A stretch of 64,000 nt of DNA from Minisyncoccota bacterium (GTDB taxonomy: Bacteria; Patescibacteriota; Microgenomatia; PFEM01; JAFGMK01). A program made the translations under genes and the position numbers. The notes beneath the pieces are model-generated. The model saw nothing but the letters and a program-made list of their open reading frames with translations, was not told the origin of the DNA and ran no database searches. Shown here piece after piece: positions 35,174 through 44,764 of the stretch; the stretch's first letter is position 1; the number at the start of each line of letters is the position of its first letter. Location of the stretch: contig JAFGMK010000006.1 of NCBI GenBank assembly GCA_016927565.1, positions 37,942-101,941 of the forward strand. Direction: 5' to 3'.

Positions 35174-35754
35174 CTTTCCCCCTGAAAAAAAGGAGTATTA
35201 ACAAAAATTCTGGCATGCAAAATCATTTCCGTCTCTTCCTGATCGGTTTTGGAAAAATCAATCAGGCTTAACTTCAATAAGTAGGGAAGTCCGGCCAAAT
35301 CAGTCAAAAACCTTCGGAGATTGGCAAAACCACCCTTCGCCTCAAGAGAAAAATCAATGTAGGAACGGCCCAACTCATCAAGAATCGGCTGATCAGTCGC
35401 AAACTGAAATACACTCAAGGAAACATCCCGGCTGATTCCCTTGAGCTCTTTAACAAAACGGACAATTCCGGCCTCGTCAGGTAATGAGTTTTCAATTATT
35501 TCAGTTTCTTCCGCAACCAGGCTAAAATTTTGAGAAATCACTTTCAGACTGGTTTCCTGTTCTTTAAGAGCAATCAGCTGACTCCGGCTTATTTCAGCTT
35601 GACTGCCGAAAGAAGACAACCGGCCAATCAGCCAGAAAGTTCCGCCTAAAAAAAGGGCGGAAAAGAATACTGCCAGCGAAAGATGAAGCCAGGGATAAAA
35701 TTGATGCTGTTTTTTGGAAACCGCTTTGATTTTTTTGTTTTTTTCCTTCTCCAT
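35170..35754 (-). CDS. PilO-like pilus assembly protein (N-terminal TM plus coiled coil)
   Basis: Bitopic architecture typical of PilO/PilN-family proteins. Sits in the pilMN-pilO position. Confidence 0.45.
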   Translation of the reverse strand: MEKEKNKKIKAVSKKQHQFYPWLHLSLAVFFSALFLGGTFWLIGRLSSFGSQAEISRSQLIALKEQETSLKVISQNFSLVAEETEIIENSLPDEAGIVRFVKELKGISRDVSLSVFQFATDQPILDELGRSYIDFSLEAKGGFANLRRFLTDLAGLPYLLKLSLIDFSKTDQEETEMILHARIFVNTPFFQGES

Positions 35755-35764
35755 TAGTAGAAAA

Positions 35765-37171
35765 TTATTTTATCGCCAAAAAAGAAATTGTAAAACTGAT
35801 GCTTTCTTCCTTTTCCAAACTTGAAAGCGGAATTCTCACCTGAGAAAGTTGACCCGTCTGTTCAAGCCTTTGTCTGAAATTGATCAACTGATCTTGATGA
35901 TCGGCAAAACCATTAATCAGGTATTCTCCTCTGGTAAAATCTATTGACCAATGCTGAAGATCAATTCCGGCGGGGGCGGCCGATTTAACCACTTCAATCA
36001 AAGGAAGCAATTCCTGCTGAGAAGCAGTCAATGCCAAAATCTGGCTAGCCTTGATATTGATCATTTTGGCCCGGACAGCAAGCTGATCCATTTGAGGAGT
36101 CAAAAGGGCCTGGACTTCAATCAATTCCCCTTTGATTTTCTGAAGTTCAAAATAAACTTTGGCAGTAGCAACGCCAAAACTAAAAAGGATTAAAAAAAGC
36201 CCGAAAAGCCAAAGCTTAACCCAGTTAGAAAGGATCCGGCTTTTTTCATTCCGGTCATAAACTCCTTGAATTCGGGGAGGGATCAGATTAATTGTTTTCT
36301 CATCAAGCGGAGCGGCAACGTCTTTCCTGGACAAAGAAACGGTAATGGCCAATTCTGCCGGCTTAATCGGAATCAAACCGGCTTTGATTTGAAACTTTTG
36401 CGAAACTTCGGCCGCCAAAGTTTCGCTCGATCCCTGACCGCAGAACAGAATACCGGCAATCCGGGTTTTCTTTTTGGCCTGAACTTGTTTTTTTTGATAA
36501 AAGGCTAACAAGTCCTGAATACTGGTTAAAAGCTTTCCCTGCTTGTCTTGAGAACCAAAATTAATGGTTGAACTAAGTTTTATCTCTCCTCGAGGGCCGA
36601 CGATTACTAAAGTAGCTTCACCTTCATCAACTTTAATCGCCAAACGATCATCTTTGCTCTTTCCCGTTAACCGCGCCAAACTCAAAGAAGTGGGTTCAAA
36701 AGCAACCGGTTCAAAACCCAAAAACTCCAATACTTGAGCATATCCCTCAACCAATTTGGCTGGCAAAGCCATAACTAAAACCTGGCTGGATTTCCTATCC
36801 TGCTCTAAAAGCATCCAATCGAGATAAACGGCCTCCAGCGATAAAGGCAACAAAGGTTCGGACTGCCAACGGACCGCGTCATCAAGCTCAGCCGGAGAAA
36901 GAGGCGGCAAACTAAGAACCCGGCTAAAAGCCGCCACTTCCGGTAAACCGACAACCACAAATTTACTTTTTAATTTTTTAATAAAAAGAAACTTCTTAAG
37001 ATATGTTAAAAGCTCTTTTGGTTTTTTTACCCATCCCCTGACAATTATTCCCGGTGCCAAAGCCAGGCTGGAAGCAATTACCGGCTGGCCTTTTTGATCA
37101 GCCTGAACCAAAAAAACCTTTTGGTCAGAAAAAGTCAGGGCAAAGTAGTTTTTTTTCCGTTTAAAAAGCAT
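35765..37171 (-). CDS. PilM-PilN fusion protein (actin-like ATPase domain plus a C-terminal TM/periplasmic PilN-like region)
   Basis: The N-terminal ~330 aa has the PilM/FtsA-like fold pattern. A TM helix (LWLFGLFLILFSFGV) follows, then a ~130-aa tail. Confidence 0.6.
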   Translation of the reverse strand: MLFKRKKNYFALTFSDQKVFLVQADQKGQPVIASSLALAPGIIVRGWVKKPKELLTYLKKFLFIKKLKSKFVVVGLPEVAAFSRVLSLPPLSPAELDDAVRWQSEPLLPLSLEAVYLDWMLLEQDRKSSQVLVMALPAKLVEGYAQVLEFLGFEPVAFEPTSLSLARLTGKSKDDRLAIKVDEGEATLVIVGPRGEIKLSSTINFGSQDKQGKLLTSIQDLLAFYQKKQVQAKKKTRIAGILFCGQGSSETLAAEVSQKFQIKAGLIPIKPAELAITVSLSRKDVAAPLDEKTINLIPPRIQGVYDRNEKSRILSNWVKLWLFGLFLILFSFGVATAKVYFELQKIKGELIEVQALLTPQMDQLAVRAKMINIKASQILALTASQQELLPLIEVVKSAAPAGIDLQHWSIDFTRGEYLINGFADHQDQLINFRQRLEQTGQLSQVRIPLSSLEKEESISFTISFLAIK

Positions 37172-37185
37172 GGGCAGAATCTATT

Positions 37186-37647
37186 TCATTCTATCTCCCG
37201 GACATGGTTGACTTCCATAATCCCGTCAACAAAATTTACCTCGGCTTGGATCTTTTTTACCTGAGACCCGTTATCGCAGTTGGCAACAATTATGTCCGGC
37301 GTTCCGGCGTTAACAGTTATTGTACACAAGCTTTCGCCAATCTGTAAACTCTCGCCATCATAAGCCGGATTTCTCAGGAGACGCAAAAGGCTGTTTTCAA
37401 GCGCCGATTCGGTTTCGTAAAAGATAATCAAACCCTCACAGGAATAACGGTCAATTAGATTTTGGCTAATTGCCAATTCTATTGCCGCCGTTCCCAATCC
37501 CAGAACAATCAGAATGACAATCAAAAGAGGAATTAAGGCCTGGCCGCGGATTTCACCTGATCTTCTTTCAGTTCGACAGCCTGATCTGCCGCCTCCCTCA
37601 AAGGAAGAGGATCGATCAGGGATACTGCTTAATTTGTAATTTAACAT
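37186..37647 (-). CDS. hypothetical membrane protein, possibly a divergent minor pilin
   Basis: One TM helix (ALIPLLIVILIVLGLG). No clear GFxxxE prepilin motif. Confidence 0.3.
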   Translation of the reverse strand: MLNYKLSSIPDRSSSFEGGGRSGCRTERRSGEIRGQALIPLLIVILIVLGLGTAAIELAISQNLIDRYSCEGLIIFYETESALENSLLRLLRNPAYDGESLQIGESLCTITVNAGTPDIIVANCDNGSQVKKIQAEVNFVDGIMEVNHVREIE

Positions 37648-37655
37648 CAGTGAAT

Positions 37656-38150
37656 TTATCTTAAACTAATGGTTGTTTCCCAGTTTTCTGATAATTTCCG
37701 TCCTCCCTGAAGCAAATAATTTGACTCTGCTGTAACTTTAATTTTTATTACTGCAGTTTGAGTTGCTTCAGTCGTATTAGTAAAAGAAAGATCAGTTACA
37801 GTAACTTCATTCGTGGTTAAATCCCAGGTTTGGCCGCTATCTGTTTTTTTTAAAAACCCATCCTGAAGCTGATAAACAATCACCCCGTCATTAAGACTGA
37901 GTGTCGCGGTTGAATTGCCGGCTGTCGGACTGGTAACCCCGGCTGCCCCTCTAATAGTCCGGGTCATATCACTGGCCATTTGGCGGAGATTTTTACTTAG
38001 CGTCACGAAAGCAGTCGAGTGGGCGTTAGCCAATTTAATACTGATAAAAATCTGAACCAACAAAACCAGAAAAAGAGAGAGAATACTGGAATAAATCAAG
38101 ATCTCAATCAGAGAATAACCCTTGGTTATTTTTAAACTTTTCTTTTTCAT
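37656..38150 (-). CDS. pseudopilin/minor pilin (prepilin-type N-terminal domain)
   Basis: MKKKSLKITKG/YSLIEILIYSSILSLFLVLL. Confidence 0.65.
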   Translation of the reverse strand: MKKKSLKITKGYSLIEILIYSSILSLFLVLLVQIFISIKLANAHSTAFVTLSKNLRQMASDMTRTIRGAAGVTSPTAGNSTATLSLNDGVIVYQLQDGFLKKTDSGQTWDLTTNEVTVTDLSFTNTTEATQTAVIKIKVTAESNYLLQGGRKLSENWETTISLR

Positions 38151-38187
38151 CTAAATTCGCTTGTCTATCCCGAGACAAAAGATCCCG

Positions 38188-39621
38188 CTAAGGCGAATAA
38201 TTGATCCCAATCTCATTTAAAACCGGCGTCTCTTCCCCATCAAACGAACGCAAATAGGCTTTAAAACGAATATATTGACCATAATTATTCCCCAACCAGA
38301 GCCCCTCGCCCTCCGGGATAGTATAAAGATCGTTCGTATCAGTAGTTCCGCCGGGTCCATAAAATAACCACGGCCCGACATCACTGTCCGCTACTGAAAC
38401 CTGAAAACCAATCTCTGTCTGAACGGAAACATCGCCCTGGTAAGTAATCCGGTTAAAGGCCGTCGGCCTGCCGGCATCAAAAACAGAAGAAGTATATGTC
38501 CCCTGGGTAAAATAGCCGCCAACGCCGCCGGTCAACTCAATCTGATCAACATATAAAATGACAGCCGGTTCACCGGCGCTCATCCATTTCGAAAAATATA
38601 TTGAACGAAGGCTGTCCCAATCACCCTGGGCCTGCTCATAATCAATATCTATCTCTGTCCATTCCTTCGCGGGAACAATCAATTCAACATTATCCCAATC
38701 ATTGTGAACCGCAGTAAAATTAAGCACTACCTCATCATCACCCGGATTATAGGCATAAAAATGAATATTTCTGAATCCTTTGGTGCAAACTGAGCTGTAA
38801 TTGTAAAATCTTACCCAAGACCAAAAAGAACCGGAACCGGGCGGTTCCAGAGTGATTTTCAAAGCATAAGGCGAATCATTCCAGGTATAATCAGTTGCCT
38901 TTTCCTGAACACTGCCGTTATTGAAAAACTGGATTAGCTGGCAAAGAAGCCATTGCAAAAACCGCAAGCCATTGCAATTTACCCGCCAGTTATTTTGCAA
39001 TTGGTCATCGTAAATCAAAGACTCAGGTGAACCGCCGAAACAACCCCCCTCTAACTCAATCTCGCCGTCAGCCCGGGGCGGATCGGTCACCTTGGTTAAA
39101 TCAAACTCCCCGGGTTCAAAATCGGCGATAGTACTCTGCTGCCACGAAAGATTATCCAGCCGAGTCAAATAAGCGGAAACTGAAAAACTGCGTTCTCTTA
39201 AAAGATGCCAGAAAATACTGGCGGTAATCTTTTTAGTTGAGGGATCAAATCTGGCTCCAGGCTCGCCTTCGGCTACCATTAAATCAGTCTCATTCCGGTA
39301 AACCGGGGAAATTTCAAGCAGCCGCCGGAATTCATCCTCGGTTTCACCCTCTTCGCTGGCAACTAATTCCCAACGGTCGCCGGCTAAATCAAGATAATAA
39401 GTGCCCGCTGCCAATTCTTCCCAGTTCCGCTCCCTGATAGACCGCGCCGCCTCTAAATATTCTTCAATCAAACTCTGAGCTTTTACCTCTTTTGAAGCAA
39501 GCCAGCTTGATTCAAGACTGGTAACAAAAAAATTCAAAATCGGCACTAGGAGCAAGCCCAAGATGCCGACAGCTAACAAAACTTCAACAAGGATAAGGCC
39601 TTGATTTTCTGAACTCTGCAT
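38188..39621 (-). CDS. large (477 aa) pilin-like protein, candidate tip or minor pilin
   Basis: MQSSENQG/LILVEVLLAVGILGLLLV is a prepilin-like N-terminus with the conserved Glu at +5. It is followed by a large W/Y/G-rich globular region. Confidence 0.55.
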   Translation of the reverse strand: MQSSENQGLILVEVLLAVGILGLLLVPILNFFVTSLESSWLASKEVKAQSLIEEYLEAARSIRERNWEELAAGTYYLDLAGDRWELVASEEGETEDEFRRLLEISPVYRNETDLMVAEGEPGARFDPSTKKITASIFWHLLRERSFSVSAYLTRLDNLSWQQSTIADFEPGEFDLTKVTDPPRADGEIELEGGCFGGSPESLIYDDQLQNNWRVNCNGLRFLQWLLCQLIQFFNNGSVQEKATDYTWNDSPYALKITLEPPGSGSFWSWVRFYNYSSVCTKGFRNIHFYAYNPGDDEVVLNFTAVHNDWDNVELIVPAKEWTEIDIDYEQAQGDWDSLRSIYFSKWMSAGEPAVILYVDQIELTGGVGGYFTQGTYTSSVFDAGRPTAFNRITYQGDVSVQTEIGFQVSVADSDVGPWLFYGPGGTTDTNDLYTIPEGEGLWLGNNYGQYIRFKAYLRSFDGEETPVLNEIGINYSP

Positions 39622-39622
39622 T

Positions 39623-40231
39623 TTAGATTTTTTCCACCGTCACCACTCCTAATTTATTAATGCTTATCTTTCTTTTCTGGTTTCCCCGCCGGTCAGTCAA
39701 AATAAAATAATTGTTCACCGGATCAAAGTTGCGGACCTGTCCGGTAATTTTTTCAAAAACACAATCATCTGAAGAAAGGCTGATATCATTTATCGCTAAT
39801 TCTGGGGCTAAATCAAATTTTTGATTGAGCGGATTATCGGGATTAAAGCCGATTCCTCCAAAAAGAGTGTAGCGGGCACTTTCAAAATGGACACCGAAAT
39901 TTAAAGCCGTCGGCTGGCCATAAGAATAACCGGCCAGAGTTTTGACCCTGGCCTGGAAAAGACAGGCAGTTATTTTCTTTGCCTCAGCTTCAATTCTGTC
40001 TTGCCGGGCAAAACCGCTCATCACCACCGTTCCCAAACCGAAAAGGACTGATAAAACACCAATAACAACAATTATCTCGATTAGAGTCAGACCGGCTTCC
40101 TTTTTATAATTGCTCACATTCTTTGATAAAGATAACGGTCTCGGATCGTCTGCAGATTTCGATCCGGGATCGAATAACAGCTCGGAATCGTTATTTTTTT
40201 CAAAGAGAACAGACAGTTTCTCTTTTTTCAT
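39623..40231 (-). CDS. type IV pilin; the real start is probably the internal GTG at 40117
   Basis: ...VSNYKKEAG/LTLIEIIVVIGVLSVLFGL. The ATG-initiated ORF gives an implausible 42-aa leader, and that leader contains the dispersed palindromic repeat. A GTG start would give the 9-aa leader MSNYKKEAG. Confidence 0.65.
   Translation of the reverse strand: MKKEKLSVLFEKNNDSELLFDPGSKSADDPRPLSLSKNVSNYKKEAGLTLIEIIVVIGVLSVLFGLGTVVMSGFARQDRIEAEAKKITACLFQARVKTLAGYSYGQPTALNFGVHFESARYTLFGGIGFNPDNPLNQKFDLAPELAINDISLSSDDCVFEKITGQVRNFDPVNNYFILTDRRGNQKRKISINKLGVVTVEKI
40134..40172. repeat. dispersed palindromic repeat, copy 3
   Basis: GGTCTCGGATCGTCTGCAGATTTCGATCCGGGATCG, with GATAAAGATAACG on the left and GCTCGGAATCG..CAAAGAGAA on the right. 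Lies just upstream of the likely pilin start. Confidence 0.75.
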
Positions 40232-40374
40232 CTATAAAAAATGTCAAAAGTCAATTGTTAAATTATCTCTTGATTTAATTAATTTTAAAAAGCGGCAATT
40301 TTCTTTTCTTGAGAAAATTGTAAATTGACTCTGATTATCCCGGAAACGGGCTACATGTTTTTCATCGCATCATT

Positions 40375-41607
40375 TCAATTTGACGATAGGCTTTTGGATA
40401 AACTTCCGACAAAAGAATAAATCGGAGCAATCACCGAAATCACCATCACCCCAACGCCAATCCCGATTAACAACATCATGATCGGCTCAATTACGCTGGT
40501 TAAGGTCTTTAAGGCGTCGCTCACTTCTTCTTCATAAAACCGCGCCAGATCAAGTAAAAGTTTGTCTAAAGCCCCGGTTTTCTCCCCGGTTGAAACCATC
40601 CGCACCATAATTGAGGGAAAAGTTTTTGTTTTTTTTAAAACCTGAGAAAGAGCGATTCCTTTTTCTACTTCCTCGGCAAAAACATTGCCAATGTTTTTAT
40701 ACTGGGGTAAATTGAGAGTGCTGGAAGCTACCCTCAAGGCATCAATAATCGGCACTCCGCTTTTTAAAAGAGTCGAGAGAGTCCGGTTAAATCTTCCCAG
40801 TGCCAGCTTAATCAAAAGCTGGCCGAAAAATGGAATCCGGGCCAGCAAGTTACCTAAAAGCTTCTTCCCCGCCGGTCTGGTCAGGCCCGAAACCAAACCA
40901 GCGATCAAAATGAAAAGACCACCGAAAAACAAAAGCAGATTCTGAGAAATAAAAAGACCGCTTCTTAAAATAAAAAGCGTATAAGCCGGCAGGGGAAATT
41001 CACGGTGAAGATTTAAAAGAATCGGGGCAATCTTCGGCACGACAAAGACTAACATTGCCACCCCCAAGCCTCCGCTGGTTAAAACAATAACCGTCGGATA
41101 AGCCAAGGTGCTTTTAACTTTGCTGTTGAGTTCATAATCAGAATAAAGTTGATTTCCCAGATACTCGAAGGTCTTGCCCAAAGTGCCGCTTTTTTCCCCG
41201 GCTTTAACCAAAGTTAAAAAAATTTCATCAAAAACTGCCGAATGTTTGGCAAAAGCCTCAGACAAGGGTTGACCGTTTTGCAAAGCCGCCTGAAGATCAT
41301 CCAGGACTTTTCTCATGGTCGGATTTTTAGTTTCCGCAGAAATTGCCTCCACCGCTTCAGTAAGAGCCAAACCGGCATTGATCATTGTCGCCAAATAGCG
41401 GCAAAGATCAGCCTTATCAATCAGGCTGATTTTTTTCCGGGTCAGAAAGGATTGCTTCTCAGTCTCTCCACCGACTTCTTTGACAAAAAGGGGCGAAAGC
41501 TGGTCAGCCTTTAATTGAGCTCCGGCTTCTTTTTTACTTGCCGCTACCAGAACCCCTTCTTTGATTTTGCCTTTTTCTTCTTTAGCTTTATATTTAAAAA
41601 CAGCCAT
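40375..41607 (-). CDS. pilC: type IV pilus/T2SS platform protein PilC/GspF
   Basis: 410 aa with a duplicated GspF domain and three TM segments. Confidence 0.85.
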   Translation of the reverse strand: MAVFKYKAKEEKGKIKEGVLVAASKKEAGAQLKADQLSPLFVKEVGGETEKQSFLTRKKISLIDKADLCRYLATMINAGLALTEAVEAISAETKNPTMRKVLDDLQAALQNGQPLSEAFAKHSAVFDEIFLTLVKAGEKSGTLGKTFEYLGNQLYSDYELNSKVKSTLAYPTVIVLTSGGLGVAMLVFVVPKIAPILLNLHREFPLPAYTLFILRSGLFISQNLLLFFGGLFILIAGLVSGLTRPAGKKLLGNLLARIPFFGQLLIKLALGRFNRTLSTLLKSGVPIIDALRVASSTLNLPQYKNIGNVFAEEVEKGIALSQVLKKTKTFPSIMVRMVSTGEKTGALDKLLLDLARFYEEEVSDALKTLTSVIEPIMMLLIGIGVGVMVISVIAPIYSFVGSLSKSLSSN

Positions 41608-41629
41608 GCTTTAAACTTAAAATCCGAAA

Positions 41630-43318
41630 TTATTCCTGTACCATTCTTAAGATTTCTTCAATCGTTGTAATCCCGGCGGCCACTTTATTCAGACCATCAG
41701 CGACCATACCGATCATCCCATTGGCTAAAGCCGCTTTTCTGATTTCATCACTGGAAACTTTTTTCAAGATCAGCTGCCTGATTTCAGCGTTAGTTTCTAA
41801 AATCTCAAAAATGCCAACGCGACCCCGATAACCCTTGCCGCCGCACTCTTCGCAACCCTTACCCCGATAGAAATCCTGACTCATTTTCTTTTGACCCGAA
41901 AGTTTTTTGACTAAACCCAGAGTTTTATCGTCCGGCTCAAATCGCTGGATACAAGCCGAACAAATCCTTCTGACCAATCTTTGCGCAATTACCAGATTCA
42001 CCGTCGAAGCAACCAAAAAATTTTCGGCTCCCATATCCAAAAGGCGGGGAACCGCTCCCGGAGCGTCATTAGTGTGGAGAGTGGACAGAACCAGATGTCC
42101 GGTCAGAGCCGAGTTAATTGCCATTTCAACCGTTTCCGGATCACGAATTTCGCCTACCATAATAATATCCGGGTCGTGTCTGACCAAAGCCCGGATACCG
42201 GCGGCAAAAGAAAGGCCGGTTTCCGGATTAGCCTGAATTTGAGTTATCCGGGGCATACTATATTCAATCGGATCCTCGACAGTGCAAATTTTAACTTCAG
42301 TCGAATTAATCATATTTAAAAGACTGTAAAGCGTTGTCGTTTTGCCGGAACCGGTTGGGCCGGTCACTAAAATCATTCCGTGGGGCTTTTTGATATTTTC
42401 TTTGAGAATTTCAAAATTTTTCCCTGATAAACCCAACTCTTCCAAACTTAAAGGCCGGGCCGATTCAAAAAGAAGCCGCATAACGATATTTTCCCCGTAA
42501 AAAGCCGGAATAATAGAAACTCTCAGGGAAATAAAACCTCCACCCAGGCCGAATTTGAACCGGCCATCCTGAGGCAACCGGTGTTCGTCAATTTTAAGAT
42601 GGGTCAAAACCTTCACCCGGGCCACAATCGCCGAATGAATCTCCACCGGTAAAGAAATAATATCTCTCAGCATACCGTCGATTCTATAACGGATAATCAA
42701 CTCGTTTTCCAAAAGCTCAATATGGATATCTGAAGCCCGTTCGGCAATGGCGTATTCCAGAAGCGTATCCAGGATTCTGACCACCGGAACATCAACGGCT
42801 GCTTTAACTAAGTTGTTACCGGTCGCCCCTTTGGCTTTAGTTTTTTTAACATTCTCAGTAATTATTTTCTCAAATTCTTTCCGGATATTTTTTTTGTACT
42901 GGGAAAGGCCTTTGACTATTGCTTCAGAAGTAGCGAAAAAAGGCTTTACCGCTAAACCGGACTGGCGCTTAACCAGCTCAATTGCCTCAAAATCCTCAGG
43001 ATCCTCCATCGCCAAGAAGAGCTCTTGGTCATTTTTCCCAAAAGGCAGGATATGAAAAGACCGGGCCGATTTTTCCGGAAGAAGACTTAGAATCTCAAGA
43101 GGGATTACCTTATGAGCCAAAGAAACAAAAGGAACCTGGTAATGTTCGGCCACCAATTGACCAAGAGACTCCTCATTGATCAAGCCCCGGAAAATTAAGA
43201 CATCAACCAGGGGCTTCTCCAATTCCTCGGCAATTTTAGCCGCCTTGTTGAAATCTTCCTCACCGACAAAACCTGCCTTTAAAACAATCTCTTTTAACTT
43301 TTCTGGCAGAATTTTCAC
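41630..43318 (-). CDS. pilB: type IV pilus assembly ATPase PilB/GspE
   Basis: N-terminal GSPII domain. Walker A GPTGSGKTTTLYS. Asp and His boxes. C-terminal tetracysteine CxxC...CxxC. Confidence 0.9.
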   Translation of the reverse strand: MKILPEKLKEIVLKAGFVGEEDFNKAAKIAEELEKPLVDVLIFRGLINEESLGQLVAEHYQVPFVSLAHKVIPLEILSLLPEKSARSFHILPFGKNDQELFLAMEDPEDFEAIELVKRQSGLAVKPFFATSEAIVKGLSQYKKNIRKEFEKIITENVKKTKAKGATGNNLVKAAVDVPVVRILDTLLEYAIAERASDIHIELLENELIIRYRIDGMLRDIISLPVEIHSAIVARVKVLTHLKIDEHRLPQDGRFKFGLGGGFISLRVSIIPAFYGENIVMRLLFESARPLSLEELGLSGKNFEILKENIKKPHGMILVTGPTGSGKTTTLYSLLNMINSTEVKICTVEDPIEYSMPRITQIQANPETGLSFAAGIRALVRHDPDIIMVGEIRDPETVEMAINSALTGHLVLSTLHTNDAPGAVPRLLDMGAENFLVASTVNLVIAQRLVRRICSACIQRFEPDDKTLGLVKKLSGQKKMSQDFYRGKGCEECGGKGYRGRVGIFEILETNAEIRQLILKKVSSDEIRKAALANGMIGMVADGLNKVAAGITTIEEILRMVQE

Positions 43319-43321
43319 TTT

Positions 43322-43753
43322 TTAAGACGGAAAATAACTCTTAACGAAAGCCACCACCTGGCTGGGAGTGTAATTCGATTTAATCAGAAAATGTTGAACC
43401 CCCAATTCTTTGGCCTTTTTAATATCCTGATCTTGAGATAAGTTAGAAAGAATGATCACCGGAATTTTATTCAACCGCTCGTTAGTTCTTACCTTTTCTA
43501 AAACATCCATCCCGCCAATCTTAGGGATCATCAGGTCTAAAACCACAAGGTCGATTTTCTTTTCGGCTAGTTTGACCAATCCCTCTTCGCCGTCATAAGC
43601 GGTTTCCACATTGAAACCTTCGGTTTTAAATTTGGTTGAATACATCTTAACCATCGGCAAATCATCCTCAACCAAAAGAATGGTTTTTGCCGAAACAGAC
43701 GAAACTGCCGGATCAGCTGTTTGGGAAATTTTCTCTTGCTGGTTTTGGCCCAT
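43322..43753 (-). CDS. stand-alone response-regulator receiver (CheY-like) protein
   Basis: ILLVEDDLPMV...DLVVLDLMIPKIGGMDVL has the D/D/K receiver residues. There is no output domain. Confidence 0.8.
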   Translation of the reverse strand: MGQNQQEKISQTADPAVSSVSAKTILLVEDDLPMVKMYSTKFKTEGFNVETAYDGEEGLVKLAEKKIDLVVLDLMIPKIGGMDVLEKVRTNERLNKIPVIILSNLSQDQDIKKAKELGVQHFLIKSNYTPSQVVAFVKSYFPS

Positions 43754-43762
43754 ATCTTTATT

Positions 43763-44725
43763 CTATTTTTTATTAATTATTGCCGGCAGGGAAAAATAAA
43801 AGGTGGTTCCTTTGCCTGGTTTGGATTTTAACCAAATATCACCGCCAAATTCATTAATCAGCATTCGACAAATATAAAGGCCCAAGCCCGAGCCTTTTTT
43901 TAAGGGCACCCCGACACCGATTTGAGAAAATTTTTTAAAAAGTTGTTTCTGATCCTCAAGGGCAATACCCACTCCGGTATCTTCCACTGTCACTGTAATC
44001 ATTTCATTTTCTTCATAAGCCCGGACATAAATATGACCATGGGGAGTAAAATTAATCGCATTGCCGATTAGATTGGAAACTACTTCCCTGATCCGATCCG
44101 GGTCAACTCTAACCTTAGGCAATTTTTTTCTCGGCTTAATAAATTTTAGCTCAAGGCCGTGCCCTTGAGCTTCTAAACGAAACTCCCTGACTACTCCTTC
44201 AATTACCTCTTCAATCTGAATATCCTCCAAACCAATAATTAATTTACCGGATTCAATTCGGGAGACATTAAGCATGTTGTTGATCAGGCGGATCATCCGA
44301 TCGTTGCTTTCTGAAACATCTTTTAAATACTCTTGAGCCTTAGGCGGAATTTTGCCGGCATCCCCCTCCCTCACCATTGAAATATAACCCTTAATCGTGG
44401 TCATCGGAGCTCTTAACTCATGGCTGGCCACAGTAACAAATTCATCCTTAAGCGCGGAAAGTTCTCTAAGCTTCACATTGGCTTTTTTTAATTGATTAGT
44501 CAGGTCCCGCAGTTTTTTGGTCGCCCTATAAGCTTCGGCCCGAAACTGCTCTCCGAAAAAAATTTTATCGATAAAAATAATTATCCAAACCGTAAAAATT
44601 ATTACCTGATTTTGAAAATTAAACCATTGGGGAAAAGCCAGCAAAATCAAGCCGCTGGCGGCCATTAATATCAGAATCAGCCCATTCCAGGTTTTTTGAA
44701 ATTGACGCGCGGTCAGCTCCAGCAT
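43763..44725 (-). CDS. sensor histidine kinase (2 TM, HisKA, HATPase_c)
   Basis: H-box VASHELRAPMTTIKGY, plus N, G1 and G2 boxes (GLGLYICRMLI). Confidence 0.8.
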   Translation of the reverse strand: MLELTARQFQKTWNGLILILMAASGLILLAFPQWFNFQNQVIIFTVWIIIFIDKIFFGEQFRAEAYRATKKLRDLTNQLKKANVKLRELSALKDEFVTVASHELRAPMTTIKGYISMVREGDAGKIPPKAQEYLKDVSESNDRMIRLINNMLNVSRIESGKLIIGLEDIQIEEVIEGVVREFRLEAQGHGLELKFIKPRKKLPKVRVDPDRIREVVSNLIGNAINFTPHGHIYVRAYEENEMITVTVEDTGVGIALEDQKQLFKKFSQIGVGVPLKKGSGLGLYICRMLINEFGGDIWLKSKPGKGTTFYFSLPAIINKK

Positions 44726-44764
44726 ACTTTGAGAATATCATTTTAACCTTTCCCTTTCAATCCC

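Noticed and set aside
39623-40231. ATG at 40231 as the pilin start
   Set aside because: It would give a 42-aa leader containing the palindromic repeat. A GTG at 40117 gives the canonical short leader MSNYKKEAG before LTLIE. The ORF is kept in the table with this caveat.
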